Below are positions 43,003-52,455 of a DNA stretch of 64,000 nucleotides, in pieces (position 1 is the first letter of the stretch; every line of letters begins with the position of its first letter). The translations under genes and the position numbers were made by a program. Source of the stretch: Chloroflexota bacterium (GTDB lineage: Bacteria; Chloroflexota; Limnocylindria; Limnocylindrales; CSP1-4); contig PMKN01000014.1 in assembly GCA_003158675.1 (NCBI GenBank), positions 7,843-71,842 on the forward strand, given 5' to 3'. Under the pieces are notes generated by a model. It was not told the DNA's origin, made no database searches, and saw only the letters and a program-made list of their open reading frames with translations.

Positions 43003-44445
43003 TTGACGAGTGTTGACCAGACGGAGGTCAGCCCCAAGCGGGACAACTGTGGACATGCGTTGCGTGTTCCCACTCAATCGGGCGGCGGCTGGTCGTTGAA
43101 GACGGTCGTGAGTCGGCTGCTGCCGTTCGGTCTCGTCATCGTCTGCGCCGTCTTCGTGGCGGCATCGATCGCCGCGACGGTCTTCGACCTGATCCCGGCC
43201 GGTTTCGACACCGGCGTACAGGTCGACTCGCAGGGCCAGGTGACGTCCGTGGCCGTGGGCTCTGCCGCCTGGAGGGCGGGAGTCCAGCCGGGCTGGACGG
43301 TCGTGGCCCAGGACACCGGCGAGACGATGTTCTCCGACCATGGCAACATCCGGCCCGTAGTGAACGACCTCCCGACTCCCGCATCTCAGCCCCTTGTTGA
43401 AGCCTCGGCGGTGGTGGCTCTTGCACTCGCTGCCGGACTGCTGGTGGTCGGCCTGCGCCGGAGCGGCACGACTGCTGCAATCGGGGCATCCGCCTTTGGC
43501 GCGCCCGCCCTGGCCGCCCGATTGGGCCTCTTCGGTCCCGTGGTGGCACTCGTGCCTGCCGGCCTAGCCGCCGCATTCGCGTGGCAAGTCTCGAAGGCGG
43601 TCGACCTGCGTCGAGGGCGAGCGCAGATCGCGCTGGCTTTTGGAGTCGTTCCGCCGATCCTGGCTCTAGCCGTGGGGCTCCGAGGCGGCGGTGCTCTTGG
43701 CGGCGTCCTGGCCGCCGCCGCCTGGTACCTCCTACTGGCCTGGGCGGTCGTCTTCCGCTGGCGCGCGGTAGTAGTCGGCGCCAGGTCGGGGCCGGGCTCG
43801 CGATTGGCCGTTGTCAGGGCTGTGACGATGGATTCGCTGCCTTTCGCCGACCGCATGCGTCGCCGCGGCGCACAGGCGGAGCGTGAGCGCCTGGCTAGCG
43901 ATCTGCACGCGGAGCTGCTGCCCGCCATCGCGTCCACCGCCGCTGCGCTCGAACAGCGCGGCGCGGCGGGTGAGGCGGAACGGCTGCGTGAACTCGCGGC
44001 CAACGTTCGCGGCCTGGTAAGCCAGCGGCGGCTGCCGATTCTGGATGACCAGGGCCTGGTGGCTGCCGCCGAGTGGCTGGCCGAAGCTCTGGAGAGCAGA
44101 GCGCCGATCGCGATCGAGATCCACCCTGGCGACGCGGACGCTAGGCCTCCCGTCGAGATCGAGCGGGCGGCATTCCGAATCCTGCAGCTGGCTCTCGACA
44201 ACGTCATCCGGCATGCCCGGGCAACGGGCGCGACCGTCGAGATCTCCACGGGCGCTCGATCGCTGCTGCTGATCGTGGCCGACGACGGCGTGGGCATCCG
44301 ACCCGACGATTCCTCGCGGGCGATGCGGTCCGGGCGATTGGGACTCGCCGACATGCACGCAGAGGCGGAGTGCGTCGGGGCGACCCTGGACGTGGATTCG
44401 CGCTCGCCACGCGGCACAGCCGTAACGCTGCGATGGCACGCATGA
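43003..44445 (+). CDS. Sensor histidine kinase, HisKA_3/NarX-type, multi-TM N-terminus with a PDZ-like segment
   Basis: H-box ERERLASDLHAELLPAI. HATPase ALDNVIRHARAT, ADDGVGI and GLADMHAEAE. The start is uncertain (TTG 43003 or TTG 43096). Confidence 0.8.
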   Translation: MTSVDQTEVSPKRDNCGHALRVPTQSGGGWSLKTVVSRLLPFGLVIVCAVFVAASIAATVFDLIPAGFDTGVQVDSQGQVTSVAVGSAAWRAGVQPGWTVVAQDTGETMFSDHGNIRPVVNDLPTPASQPLVEASAVVALALAAGLLVVGLRRSGTTAAIGASAFGAPALAARLGLFGPVVALVPAGLAAAFAWQVSKAVDLRRGRAQIALAFGVVPPILALAVGLRGGGALGGVLAAAAWYLLLAWAVVFRWRAVVVGARSGPGSRLAVVRAVTMDSLPFADRMRRRGAQAERERLASDLHAELLPAIASTAAALEQRGAAGEAERLRELAANVRGLVSQRRLPILDDQGLVAAAEWLAEALESRAPIAIEIHPGDADARPPVEIERAAFRILQLALDNVIRHARATGATVEISTGARSLLLIVADDGVGIRPDDSSRAMRSGRLGLADMHAEAECVGATLDVDSRSPRGTAVTLRWHA

Positions 44446-45053
44446 TCCGGGTCATGGTCGTGGACGACCATCCCGTCGCCTCGGCCGGCGTCGTGGAGGC
44501 CCTGGTGAAGACCGGGGACATCGAGGTCGTGGGCGTGGCGGCGGCGCTGGCGGAAGTGGAGGCCATGATTGCCACGACCTGCCCCGATGTGATCCTCTGT
44601 GACGTCCAGCTAGGCCCCGAGCGGGCGCTCGACTTGCCGCGCAAGCTGCAGCCGCCCGCGCCGCCTGTCGTCTTCTTCACCGGCTACGACTACCCGTCTT
44701 ACGTCCGTGCCGCCATGGATGCGGGAGCCGCCGGCTATTTGCTCAAAACCGCGCCGCTGGCTGAGATCGTGGCCGCCATCCGATGGGTCGCCACCGGCGG
44801 TTCCGCCTACGCGACGCGGGATCTTCGAGGGGCTCGCGCCGCGCCGCGCATGCCCTCAGCGCGCGAGCGGGAGGTCATGGCGCTCGTGGCCGCGGGGCGC
44901 ACGAATGCGGAGATCGGCGCGACCCTCGGCCTCAGCGAACGAACGGTCGAAAGCCACTTGCGCCGCCTCTTCGGCCGCTACGGCGTCGAATCGCGGCTAG
45001 AACTCACGACCTTCGCCATGCGTCTGGGCTGGCTGGACCTCTCGAGCGGCTGA
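44442..45053 (+). CDS. NarL/LuxR-family response regulator
   Basis: Frame of track ORF 44370..45053. The ATG overlaps the kinase stop (ATGA). VMVVDDH, VILCDVQL and YLLK, then the LuxR HTH REREVMALVAAGRTNAEIGATLGLSERTVESHL. Confidence 0.9.
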   Translation: MIRVMVVDDHPVASAGVVEALVKTGDIEVVGVAAALAEVEAMIATTCPDVILCDVQLGPERALDLPRKLQPPAPPVVFFTGYDYPSYVRAAMDAGAAGYLLKTAPLAEIVAAIRWVATGGSAYATRDLRGARAAPRMPSAREREVMALVAAGRTNAEIGATLGLSERTVESHLRRLFGRYGVESRLELTTFAMRLGWLDLSSG

Positions 45054-45082
45054 TGGACCGGTGAGGCCGGCCGACCGCGAGG

Positions 45083-45541
45083 CTACGCCCTTTCGGGCAG
45101 GTAAGAGAGCCAGGCCATCGCCCACTTGACCGTCATGACCCCGCCCACGCCAACGATGGCGGCCCGGTCGAGCGAGACGGTTTGACCAGAACCGGCCATG
45201 ACGTTCGCGATCGGCTGCAGGAGCGGCGTCCAGCCAAAGAGCGCTGAGAAGATGAACGCCGTCGCCAGGATGCCCAGCGGGCCGCCGATGAGAAGAGCGC
45301 GGCCGGCGCCGAACCGATCCCTCATGGACGCGATGCCCTGCCCGCACATGATCGACCCCAGAATCCAGAGCCCGATCAAGGCGCCACGGCCACTGCCGAC
45401 GATGGGCAGGCTGGCGCCGCTGAGCGCTGCGAGAACGATCGCGACCGCGAGTACGCCGAAGATAGTGGCCACGATCGGCGCGGCATTGAACGCCGCCGGC
45501 CTGGCCGATGTTGTTGCCTGCAACGTCGCCTCTCCCTTCAT
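45083..45541 (-). CDS. Hypothetical membrane protein (4 predicted TM helices)
   Basis: 152-aa track ORF. The hydrophobic segments have coding-like composition. No family recognised. Confidence 0.5.
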   Translation of the reverse strand: MKGEATLQATTSARPAAFNAAPIVATIFGVLAVAIVLAALSGASLPIVGSGRGALIGLWILGSIMCGQGIASMRDRFGAGRALLIGGPLGILATAFIFSALFGWTPLLQPIANVMAGSGQTVSLDRAAIVGVGGVMTVKWAMAWLSYLPERA

Positions 45542-45724
45542 GTGGCTTCCTCAGAATAGACCTCCGCGGTGACGCCGGGGTTCGCTATTTGTAGCGGCAG
45601 GCGGGACACGGCGCCGCCCGACTGGTCCCAACCCCGAGTCCCGCCTGGACTGAATGGTCGCGATGGCCATCAGGATTGGACGATGCTGACGAAGTGTGAG
45701 ATACAGGGTCTTCGTTCCAAAGGC

Positions 45725-46678
45725 ATGCCCATGACCACGCGGCGGACGTCGAGCGTTGTCGCGACCGCGATCGCGGCGGTCGTCCTGTCTGTTGCTAGCT
45801 GGGTCATAGTGCCGACCCGCGCTGCATCTCAGCCGAAGGCCGAGGATTCGCCCGCCGTCCAGACCGCGACGCCGTCTCCGGAGCCCGTCGCCGAGTCACC
45901 CGTGCCGGTGGACACGCCCGCTCCGGACGCGGGAGGCGCAGCCCCTGACCCACTCCCAGCGAGAGACCCGGCGTTGGTGGCCGATGCCGTCCTGCAATCG
46001 CCGGAAGCCGTCACCTGGACCCTCGATCTCTACGACCGGCGAGCGGAACGCTGGCAGGATCCCGATCCCACGGCCTGCACGGCGGCGGCCGTCGAATCGA
46101 TGCTGAATACCATCGCCTACGCGCACTCGGACGCCGATCTGATCTGGCAGCCCACGACGTCGTATTCCAAGCAGGAGGCCATTCTGGCGTACGAGCGGGC
46201 CAATATGACGATGCTGCGCGGGTCCGCCGGCACCGACCTGCACGGTTGGCGCAACGCGCTCAACTTCTATGGCTGGGGAGCCATCGACGCCGGCGTCTAC
46301 AGGGACTCCGCCTATTCTTCGTTTGGCGATGCCGCCAAGGCGGCCGTCTCGGCGCTTGCCGTTTACCGCAAGCCGGTCGGGATCCCCGGCATGGGTGGGA
46401 GCCACGCGCAGTTCATCACGGGCTACAAAGTCGTCGGGGCCGATCCGGCAACTGGCTCGACCGATTTCACGATCGTGGGCGTCTACCTGACCGACCCCTG
46501 GCACGCGGCTCACTATCGCGATACCTGGGTCACCTACTCTCGATGGCAGTGGGGCTGGAACTGGTTGAGGTTCGCGCCCTATTCGCAGGGCGACTCGCCC
46601 TATCGAGACCCTCTCGACGGCAACATCGGCAGGAGCGAGTGGTACGGCAAGTGGGTCATCCTCGATCCGATGAGGTAG
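45725..46678 (+). CDS. Secreted papain-fold (C39-like) cysteine peptidase-like protein
   Basis: Track ORF 45569..46678 trimmed to ATG 45725 (signal/TM VVATAIAAVVLSVASWVIV), followed by a Pro/Ala-rich linker. Candidate catalytic triad: Cys in PTACTAAAVESML, His in GGSHAQFITGYK and Asp in YLTDPW. Confidence 0.55.
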   Translation: MPMTTRRTSSVVATAIAAVVLSVASWVIVPTRAASQPKAEDSPAVQTATPSPEPVAESPVPVDTPAPDAGGAAPDPLPARDPALVADAVLQSPEAVTWTLDLYDRRAERWQDPDPTACTAAAVESMLNTIAYAHSDADLIWQPTTSYSKQEAILAYERANMTMLRGSAGTDLHGWRNALNFYGWGAIDAGVYRDSAYSSFGDAAKAAVSALAVYRKPVGIPGMGGSHAQFITGYKVVGADPATGSTDFTIVGVYLTDPWHAAHYRDTWVTYSRWQWGWNWLRFAPYSQGDSPYRDPLDGNIGRSEWYGKWVILDPMR

Positions 46679-46826
46679 GACCGCTGTGCGCGTCCAATTG
46701 AGCCTTCGCGTTTCCGCGGCTCCGAGATGGCCAGCTGTCGAGCCGGGGTCGCGACGCGGTCCAGAAGCGTAGTGGATCGGCCGAAGACTCCCCTGCTAGT
46801 TGGACGTTCCAGACGTGGAAGGACCC

Positions 46827-49157
46827 ATGGCCCAGGATCCCGACGAGAAGCTAGGCATCCGGCTTCTGGAAGCGCGTTCCGTCGAAGCAGTCTTCCGAGT
46901 GCGCCTGCTCCCGAACCGCGAGTACGAGTACATCTCGCCGGCCATCATGCGGCTCGTTGGGTATGAGCCGAAAAGGTTCTACGACGACCCCGGTCTTCTT
47001 CGGGAAATCGTGTCTCCCGAGGACCGGGCTGCCTTCGACGACCTCGTCGACGGGGTAGTGGAGCCTGGGACGGTGGCCGTCATTCGGATGCGCCATCGAG
47101 ACGGTCGGGAACTCTCGACGGAGCACATTGTCTGGCCCGTGCGCGAGGGTGGCAGAACGGTCGCCATGGAAGGAACGATGCGCGACGTTTCGACGTGGCA
47201 GCGTGCCTCTCGCGCACTCGACGGGCTGACTCATATGCTGTCGGACGGATTCGATGGCGTCGCGGTGGTGGACATCAAGACACTCCGATTCGTCCAGTTG
47301 GATCCAAAGGCCGCGGCGCTCATGGGCCTGCAACCAAACGGCCTGTCGACGAACCCGATCTCGGATGTCTTCGACGAGACGGCATGCACGCGCCTCGCTC
47401 AGGCGGGGGCCCTCATCACCGGCGGCGAGATCGAACGCTCCTCGCTCGAGACAGTCGTCCGGCGCCGCGGTCGGACCGACCGGGACGTCTACATCCGCCT
47501 GTCGGCTTCGCCGAACGATCCGCCGGCATTGCTGCTGCTGATCGAGGACCGAACCACGGAACGGCGACTCGGCGCTGAGCGCGTGCGGCTCGAGGCTGCC
47601 GTGGGCAGTGCCACGGACGCTGTGGCCATCGTCGATTCCTCGCATTCATTCCTGTTCACGAACAAGGCGTTTCAGTTGCTCACCGGGTACGGTCCGGGTG
47701 AGTGCGTCGGCTTCCGGCCCGAAATCCTGCGCGACCTGCTGCCCGATCCTGGCCTATCGGAGAGCCTTGCCAGGCAGATCCCCTGGAAGGGAATGACGCG
47801 CGGGTCGGGCAAGGGCGGGAGGCCCGTCGAAACCGTTGCCAGCCTGAGTCCGGTCCGAGAGCCCGGAGGCGACGCCGTGAGCTTCGTCCTGGTGCTCCAC
47901 GACATAACCGAGACCCAGAGCGCTCTGGCTGCTCTTCAGCGCGAACGAAGCTCGCGCGATCTGCTGACGGAGGCGTTGGCGTCGCTGGACGACAGCGCCT
48001 CTGTCGAGGATGTGGGTCTGGCCATCTGCCATGCGGCCCTCGCCTTGCCCGAGATGGCGGCCGTCGTCCTTGTGGATCTGTCCCTCGAAACTGAGCCGGC
48101 CGTTCTGGCTGTGAGCCCGAGCCCTGGCTTCGAGTCTCTGGCCCGGCATCTGACCGTGCCGGGAAGGGCCAAGGCCATGCTTACCCGAGGCTCCGGCGGG
48201 GGTTGGGTCGAGGAGTCGGCGCTGCTCGGCGGTGGAGACGCCGGACTTCGCCTGAGCCTCAGTGAGGCGCCTCTCCTGGCGCTTGCCCCCATCCGCCACG
48301 CCGGCCGTTTGCTGGGGCTCATCGCGGCCGTGGGTGGTGAAAGCCTGCGACAGGACGTTCGATCCCTGATTGCTCTGGCTTCGACCGCGGCAGGTCTGCT
48401 GAGCCCAGGTCTGACGGAGCGCGCCGACATCCGGTGGATGCGACGCGAGATCACCGAAGTCCTGGCGCATCGCCGTTTCCGCCCCATCTTCGCGCCGATC
48501 ATCAACGTCGTCGATGGGGGAACGGTCGGCTGGGAGGCGACCACGCGCTTCGACGACGGTCGGCCCGCGTCTGAGCGGTTCGCCGACGCGCTGCTGGCCG
48601 GCATGCTGGTCGACCTGGAGTCTGCGGCCACTCGCGCGGCGGTGGCGGAGGCCGCGCTCAACGATCCCGAGGGCTGGCTGAGCCTGAACGTCTCCGCGAC
48701 GTTCCTCGGATCCGGGGACCGGCTCCTCGACTTGCTGCCCGGGCCGGGCCGACGGGTCGTCTTGCAACTGGCCGATGCCTCCGCCGTTGACGAGAAAGCC
48801 CGCGAGGTCATCGCTCGCCTGCCCGGCCATGTCCAGCTGGCCGTGGATTCGACCTCGAGGGAGATGCACACCCTTCATGCAGTCGTCGATCTGCGACCCG
48901 CGTACATCAAGCTCCCGACCGATCTCGTGAGGGGGATCGACCATGATCGAGTGCGTCAGGCGCTGGTTGCGGGCCTCGAACATTTCGCCCGCCACACGAG
49001 TTCGGAGCTCATCGCCGTCGGCGTCGAGACCGAAGCGGAATTCGCGACTCTCTCCGAACTGAAGGTCAGTTACGCCCAGGGCAACTATCTGGGGCCGGCG
49101 GGCTTCTTCCCCATCTCGAGCCGCCACGAGGGGCCGGTAGCGGTTACGTCGACGTAG
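46827..49157 (+). CDS. Cytoplasmic multi-PAS sensor protein with C-terminal degenerate EAL domain (no GGDEF)
   Basis: Track ORF 46800..49157 begins at a TTG; ATG 46827 is chosen. There are three PAS-like units (YEYISPAIMRLVGYEP, FVQLDPKAAALMGL, FLFTNKAFQLLTGYGPGE). The EAL-fold C-terminus has RFRPIFAPI, GWEATTRF, LSLNVS, YIKLP and YAQGNYLG. Confidence 0.8.
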   Translation: MAQDPDEKLGIRLLEARSVEAVFRVRLLPNREYEYISPAIMRLVGYEPKRFYDDPGLLREIVSPEDRAAFDDLVDGVVEPGTVAVIRMRHRDGRELSTEHIVWPVREGGRTVAMEGTMRDVSTWQRASRALDGLTHMLSDGFDGVAVVDIKTLRFVQLDPKAAALMGLQPNGLSTNPISDVFDETACTRLAQAGALITGGEIERSSLETVVRRRGRTDRDVYIRLSASPNDPPALLLLIEDRTTERRLGAERVRLEAAVGSATDAVAIVDSSHSFLFTNKAFQLLTGYGPGECVGFRPEILRDLLPDPGLSESLARQIPWKGMTRGSGKGGRPVETVASLSPVREPGGDAVSFVLVLHDITETQSALAALQRERSSRDLLTEALASLDDSASVEDVGLAICHAALALPEMAAVVLVDLSLETEPAVLAVSPSPGFESLARHLTVPGRAKAMLTRGSGGGWVEESALLGGGDAGLRLSLSEAPLLALAPIRHAGRLLGLIAAVGGESLRQDVRSLIALASTAAGLLSPGLTERADIRWMRREITEVLAHRRFRPIFAPIINVVDGGTVGWEATTRFDDGRPASERFADALLAGMLVDLESAATRAAVAEAALNDPEGWLSLNVSATFLGSGDRLLDLLPGPGRRVVLQLADASAVDEKAREVIARLPGHVQLAVDSTSREMHTLHAVVDLRPAYIKLPTDLVRGIDHDRVRQALVAGLEHFARHTSSELIAVGVETEAEFATLSELKVSYAQGNYLGPAGFFPISSRHEGPVAVTST

Positions 49158-49215
49158 GTCGTCCTGGATTGGGCGCCGCCATCGCGCCGGCCGAGGCGTG
49201 GCTTCGCGGCCGCCG

Positions 49216-50313
49216 CTACGGAAGTGGGCGCCAGGCCCTGCCGAGGAATATCGCGAGAGCCGCCAGAAGCGAGCCCGCCCCGACGAACACGACGCTGACT
49301 TCGACCGCCTCGTGCTTCGTGATCAGGTTCGTGGGCAGGCCCTGGAAGACACTCTCGAGTTGGCTCGCGTTCTCGGCCGGGTAGTACTTGCCACCGGTCA
49401 GCGCGGCGATCTGCTGGAGAGTCGCTTCGTCGATGCCTCTTGGGAAACCGCCGCCCCCGCCGCCGCCCCCGCCGCCAAAGCCTCCGCCTCCTCCAGGCCC
49501 GCCGCCGGAGAATCCGCCGGCTCCCGGTTCGCGACCCTGGAACTGGGGCGCACAGGCCGGATCCAGGGACCCGCCGTCGGCCGTCCCGAAGCCGATGGTG
49601 AAGACTCGGACGCCGCGATCGGCTGCCTGTTGGGCGGCCTCGAGCGGGTCGGTGCCGGTGTTGCTGGCGCCGTCAGTCAGCAGGACGACGATGTCGGGGG
49701 CGTAGTCGCCCTTTGGGACCGGGATCGGAGGAGTCCCGGGCGACGTGTCCGAGATGCTCTTGGCGACAGACGGGTCGATGGCCGAGATGGCGTCGATCGA
49801 GGCCAGGATGCCGTCGCCGATGGCGGTTCGTCGGCCCGTGGCCAAGCTCTGAAGAGCGGCGAGCAACACCGACCGGTCGTCTGTGGGAGCTTGGACGATC
49901 TCAGCGAAGCTGCTGAAAGCCACGATCGCCATGCGCGTCGACGCGGCCTGGGAGTTGATGAACGCGGCCGCCGCAGTCTCTGCCGCCTGGAGCCGGCTGG
50001 GCGGAATGTCGGAGGAGCACATGCTCCCCGAGACGTCGATCGTGAGGATGATCGTGGTCTGGTTCGTTGGAACGGCGACGACCGCCACAGGCCTGGCCAT
50101 TGCGACGATGGAGGCGCCGAGCGCGGCAATGAACAATGCGAACGGCAGGTGGCGTTTCACGCGTGAGGAACCGGGCTCCGCATCGCGGATCAGGGCGAGA
50201 CTGGAGTAGCGCACGCCCGATGGCTTCCGACGCCGCACAGACCAGATGTAGACCGCCACGATGACTGGCAGCACGACGAGTATCGCGAGTAGGTCCGACC
50301 AGAGGAAGTCCAT
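49216..50313 (-). CDS. VWA-domain membrane protein (BatB-like) with poly-Gly insert
   Basis: N-terminal TM, the MIDAS block ILTIDVSGSM, VLLTDGASN and a C-terminal TM. Contains GGFSGGGPGGGGGFGGGGGGGGGGF. Confidence 0.85.
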   Translation of the reverse strand: MDFLWSDLLAILVVLPVIVAVYIWSVRRRKPSGVRYSSLALIRDAEPGSSRVKRHLPFALFIAALGASIVAMARPVAVVAVPTNQTTIILTIDVSGSMCSSDIPPSRLQAAETAAAAFINSQAASTRMAIVAFSSFAEIVQAPTDDRSVLLAALQSLATGRRTAIGDGILASIDAISAIDPSVAKSISDTSPGTPPIPVPKGDYAPDIVVLLTDGASNTGTDPLEAAQQAADRGVRVFTIGFGTADGGSLDPACAPQFQGREPGAGGFSGGGPGGGGGFGGGGGGGGGGFPRGIDEATLQQIAALTGGKYYPAENASQLESVFQGLPTNLITKHEAVEVSVVFVGAGSLLAALAIFLGRAWRPLP

Positions 50314-50327
50314 TCAGTGCCGTCCCG

Positions 50328-51353
50328 TCATGGCAGTCGGCCCAACCACAGAAACGAGGTCATGGCGCCGACGACCATGAGCACCAGGCTCAAAGCCGCC
50401 AGGAGCGAGGTGATCTCCGTCAGCTGTGGCTGGACCACAACCTGGCTGTCGATGCTGTCGTAAACCGAGCGGAGCTGCTGCGTGTCGCTCGCGGCGTAGT
50501 ACGTACCGCCCGTCGTATCGGAGATGGATTGCAGGGTGGTCTGGTTGAGTTGGGTAAAGACCTGGAAGCCATTGAGCGTGACCGTGGTTCCGGCCGCGCT
50601 GCCGATGCCAACGGTGTCGATCCTGACGCCGCGGTCCGCGGCGGCCTGGGCCGCAGCCGCCGGATCGGGGTTCTCGTTGTTCTCGCCGTCGCTCAGGAGA
50701 ACGATGACGGCCGGCGCGTGAGTCCCCGACGGCACTGGAGTCGGGGTCGGTATGGGCGTCGCGGATGCGCCGGGGTTCTGGTTCGTGTAGTAGTCGTTGG
50801 CGTATGGTCCCGCCTCCGCGATGGCTATGGCCTTGAGGGCGGCGTCGATGCCCTGCGCCAGCGACGTTCCGTGCTGGGGTGTCATGCGGTCGATTGCCGC
50901 CACCACCGTGGCCTGATCGGCCGTTGGGGCCTGGACCGAAACGCCCGAGTCGCTGAACGCGACCACCCCAATGGTCACCGTCGACGGTTCACGAGAGACG
51001 AAGTCCTTGGCGGCCGCTTTGGCGGCATCAATCCGAGTCGGGGTCAGGTCACTGGCCCCCATGCTGGCGGAAACGTCGAAAGCCAGGATGACGGTGCCTT
51101 CTTGCCGGGGCAGGCTGACGACCGCCTGAGGCCGGGCCAGCGCGACGAGCATGGCGGCCAGCCCGCCGAGGACGAGCGTTGCCGGGACGAGGCCGCGCAG
51201 TCCGGCCCCACGGCGGGTCACGCCATGGGCCAATCCGGCGCCGCCTCGGGCTACGAAACGTCGACGGCGCCGAACGTCCAGGAGTCGGTAGAGCAGGAGT
51301 CCGATCGGAATTAGCGCCAGCGACAGGAGCATCGGCGGCCAGATGAATGACAT
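50328..51353 (-). CDS. VWA-domain membrane protein (BatA-like)
   Basis: N-terminal TM MSFIWPPMLLSLALIPIGLLLY, MIDAS ILAFDVSASM, VLLSDGENN and a C-terminal TM. Confidence 0.85.
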   Translation of the reverse strand: MSFIWPPMLLSLALIPIGLLLYRLLDVRRRRRFVARGGAGLAHGVTRRGAGLRGLVPATLVLGGLAAMLVALARPQAVVSLPRQEGTVILAFDVSASMGASDLTPTRIDAAKAAAKDFVSREPSTVTIGVVAFSDSGVSVQAPTADQATVVAAIDRMTPQHGTSLAQGIDAALKAIAIAEAGPYANDYYTNQNPGASATPIPTPTPVPSGTHAPAVIVLLSDGENNENPDPAAAAQAAADRGVRIDTVGIGSAAGTTVTLNGFQVFTQLNQTTLQSISDTTGGTYYAASDTQQLRSVYDSIDSQVVVQPQLTEITSLLAALSLVLMVVGAMTSFLWLGRLP

Positions 51354-51356
51354 CGG

Positions 51357-52385
51357 CTAGATCCTGCGCCTGCGCCGAAGCGTGGCCATACGGACGATGG
51401 ATCGGACGAGGTCCTCGTCCGTCGAGAGCGAGAGCGCCTCCACGCCGGCCCTCTTGAACGCGCCCGAGATCTCGGCCTCGCGCCGCAGGGCGGCTTGTTT
51501 GAAGCGGCTCCGGAACGCGGCGTCGTGAGTGTCCACATACAGCTGCTCGCCGGTCTCGGCGTCTTCCATGATGATCGGACCGACGTCGGGCAAGTCGATC
51601 TCGCGCGGGTCGAACAAGCGGACCGCCACAACTTCGTGCCGGCCGCTCAGCAGGCTCAACGGCCGATCCCATCCGGGAGCGCTGATGAAGTCCGAGACGA
51701 TGAATATCAACGAGCGGCGCTTGACCGTCCGCTGGCCGGCTTCCAGCAACGGCGTGAGGTCCGTGAACGGAGCGCTCTCCAGTCGGGGGTGCTTGGCCAG
51801 GTCGTCTATCAGCCGCAGCACCTGGTCTCGACCGCCTCGCGCCGGGATCGTTCTATCGATTGCGTTGCCGTAGAAGATCGCGCCCACCCGGTTGCCGCGT
51901 CTCGTGAGCAGCCGTGCCAGCGTTGCCACGAAGTCGATCAGGACGGTTCGTTTGGCGCGGTCCGAGTCCACGCTGCCGAAGTCGACCGAGGGGCTGAGGT
52001 CCAGCAGGAACCAGGCCGTGATCTCGCGATCCTCGACGTATTCACGCACATAGGGCGTGTCCATTCGAGCGGTGACGTTCCAGTCGATCGACCGCACATC
52101 GTCCTCGGGCTGGTACTCCCGAAGGTCCACGAGGTCGATGCCGTTGCCGCGGAAGAGGCTGCGGTAGTTGCCCTGCAGGACGCCGTCGAGGCGGCGAATG
52201 ACCTGCCACTCGAGACGCTGGAGGATCTTCTCGGCCGCCGCGACGGGTCTCACCGACGTGGGCGCCGACCCGGGCTCGGGCGTCGCCGCGGTCGTGCCGG
52301 GGCCGACCGGAGAAGAGGCGATCGAACTGGCGGCGAGGTTCTCTGGCGTGAAGAGCGGTCGCGTCGGGACACGGGTCGGCGGCAT
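51357..52385 (-). CDS. DUF58 domain protein (MoxR-system partner)
   Basis: GNYRSLFRGNGIDLVDLREYQPEDDVRSIDWNVTAR is the hallmark DUF58 block. The stop is 3 nt from the start of the next gene. Confidence 0.85.
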   Translation of the reverse strand: MPPTRVPTRPLFTPENLAASSIASSPVGPGTTAATPEPGSAPTSVRPVAAAEKILQRLEWQVIRRLDGVLQGNYRSLFRGNGIDLVDLREYQPEDDVRSIDWNVTARMDTPYVREYVEDREITAWFLLDLSPSVDFGSVDSDRAKRTVLIDFVATLARLLTRRGNRVGAIFYGNAIDRTIPARGGRDQVLRLIDDLAKHPRLESAPFTDLTPLLEAGQRTVKRRSLIFIVSDFISAPGWDRPLSLLSGRHEVVAVRLFDPREIDLPDVGPIIMEDAETGEQLYVDTHDAAFRSRFKQAALRREAEISGAFKRAGVEALSLSTDEDLVRSIVRMATLRRRRRI

Positions 52386-52455
52386 CGGGACAGGCGTCCG
52401 CGGCGCCGCGGCTGCCTCCCCTTCCGGCGCCTGCGAAGCGCTCCAGATCGGTCGC

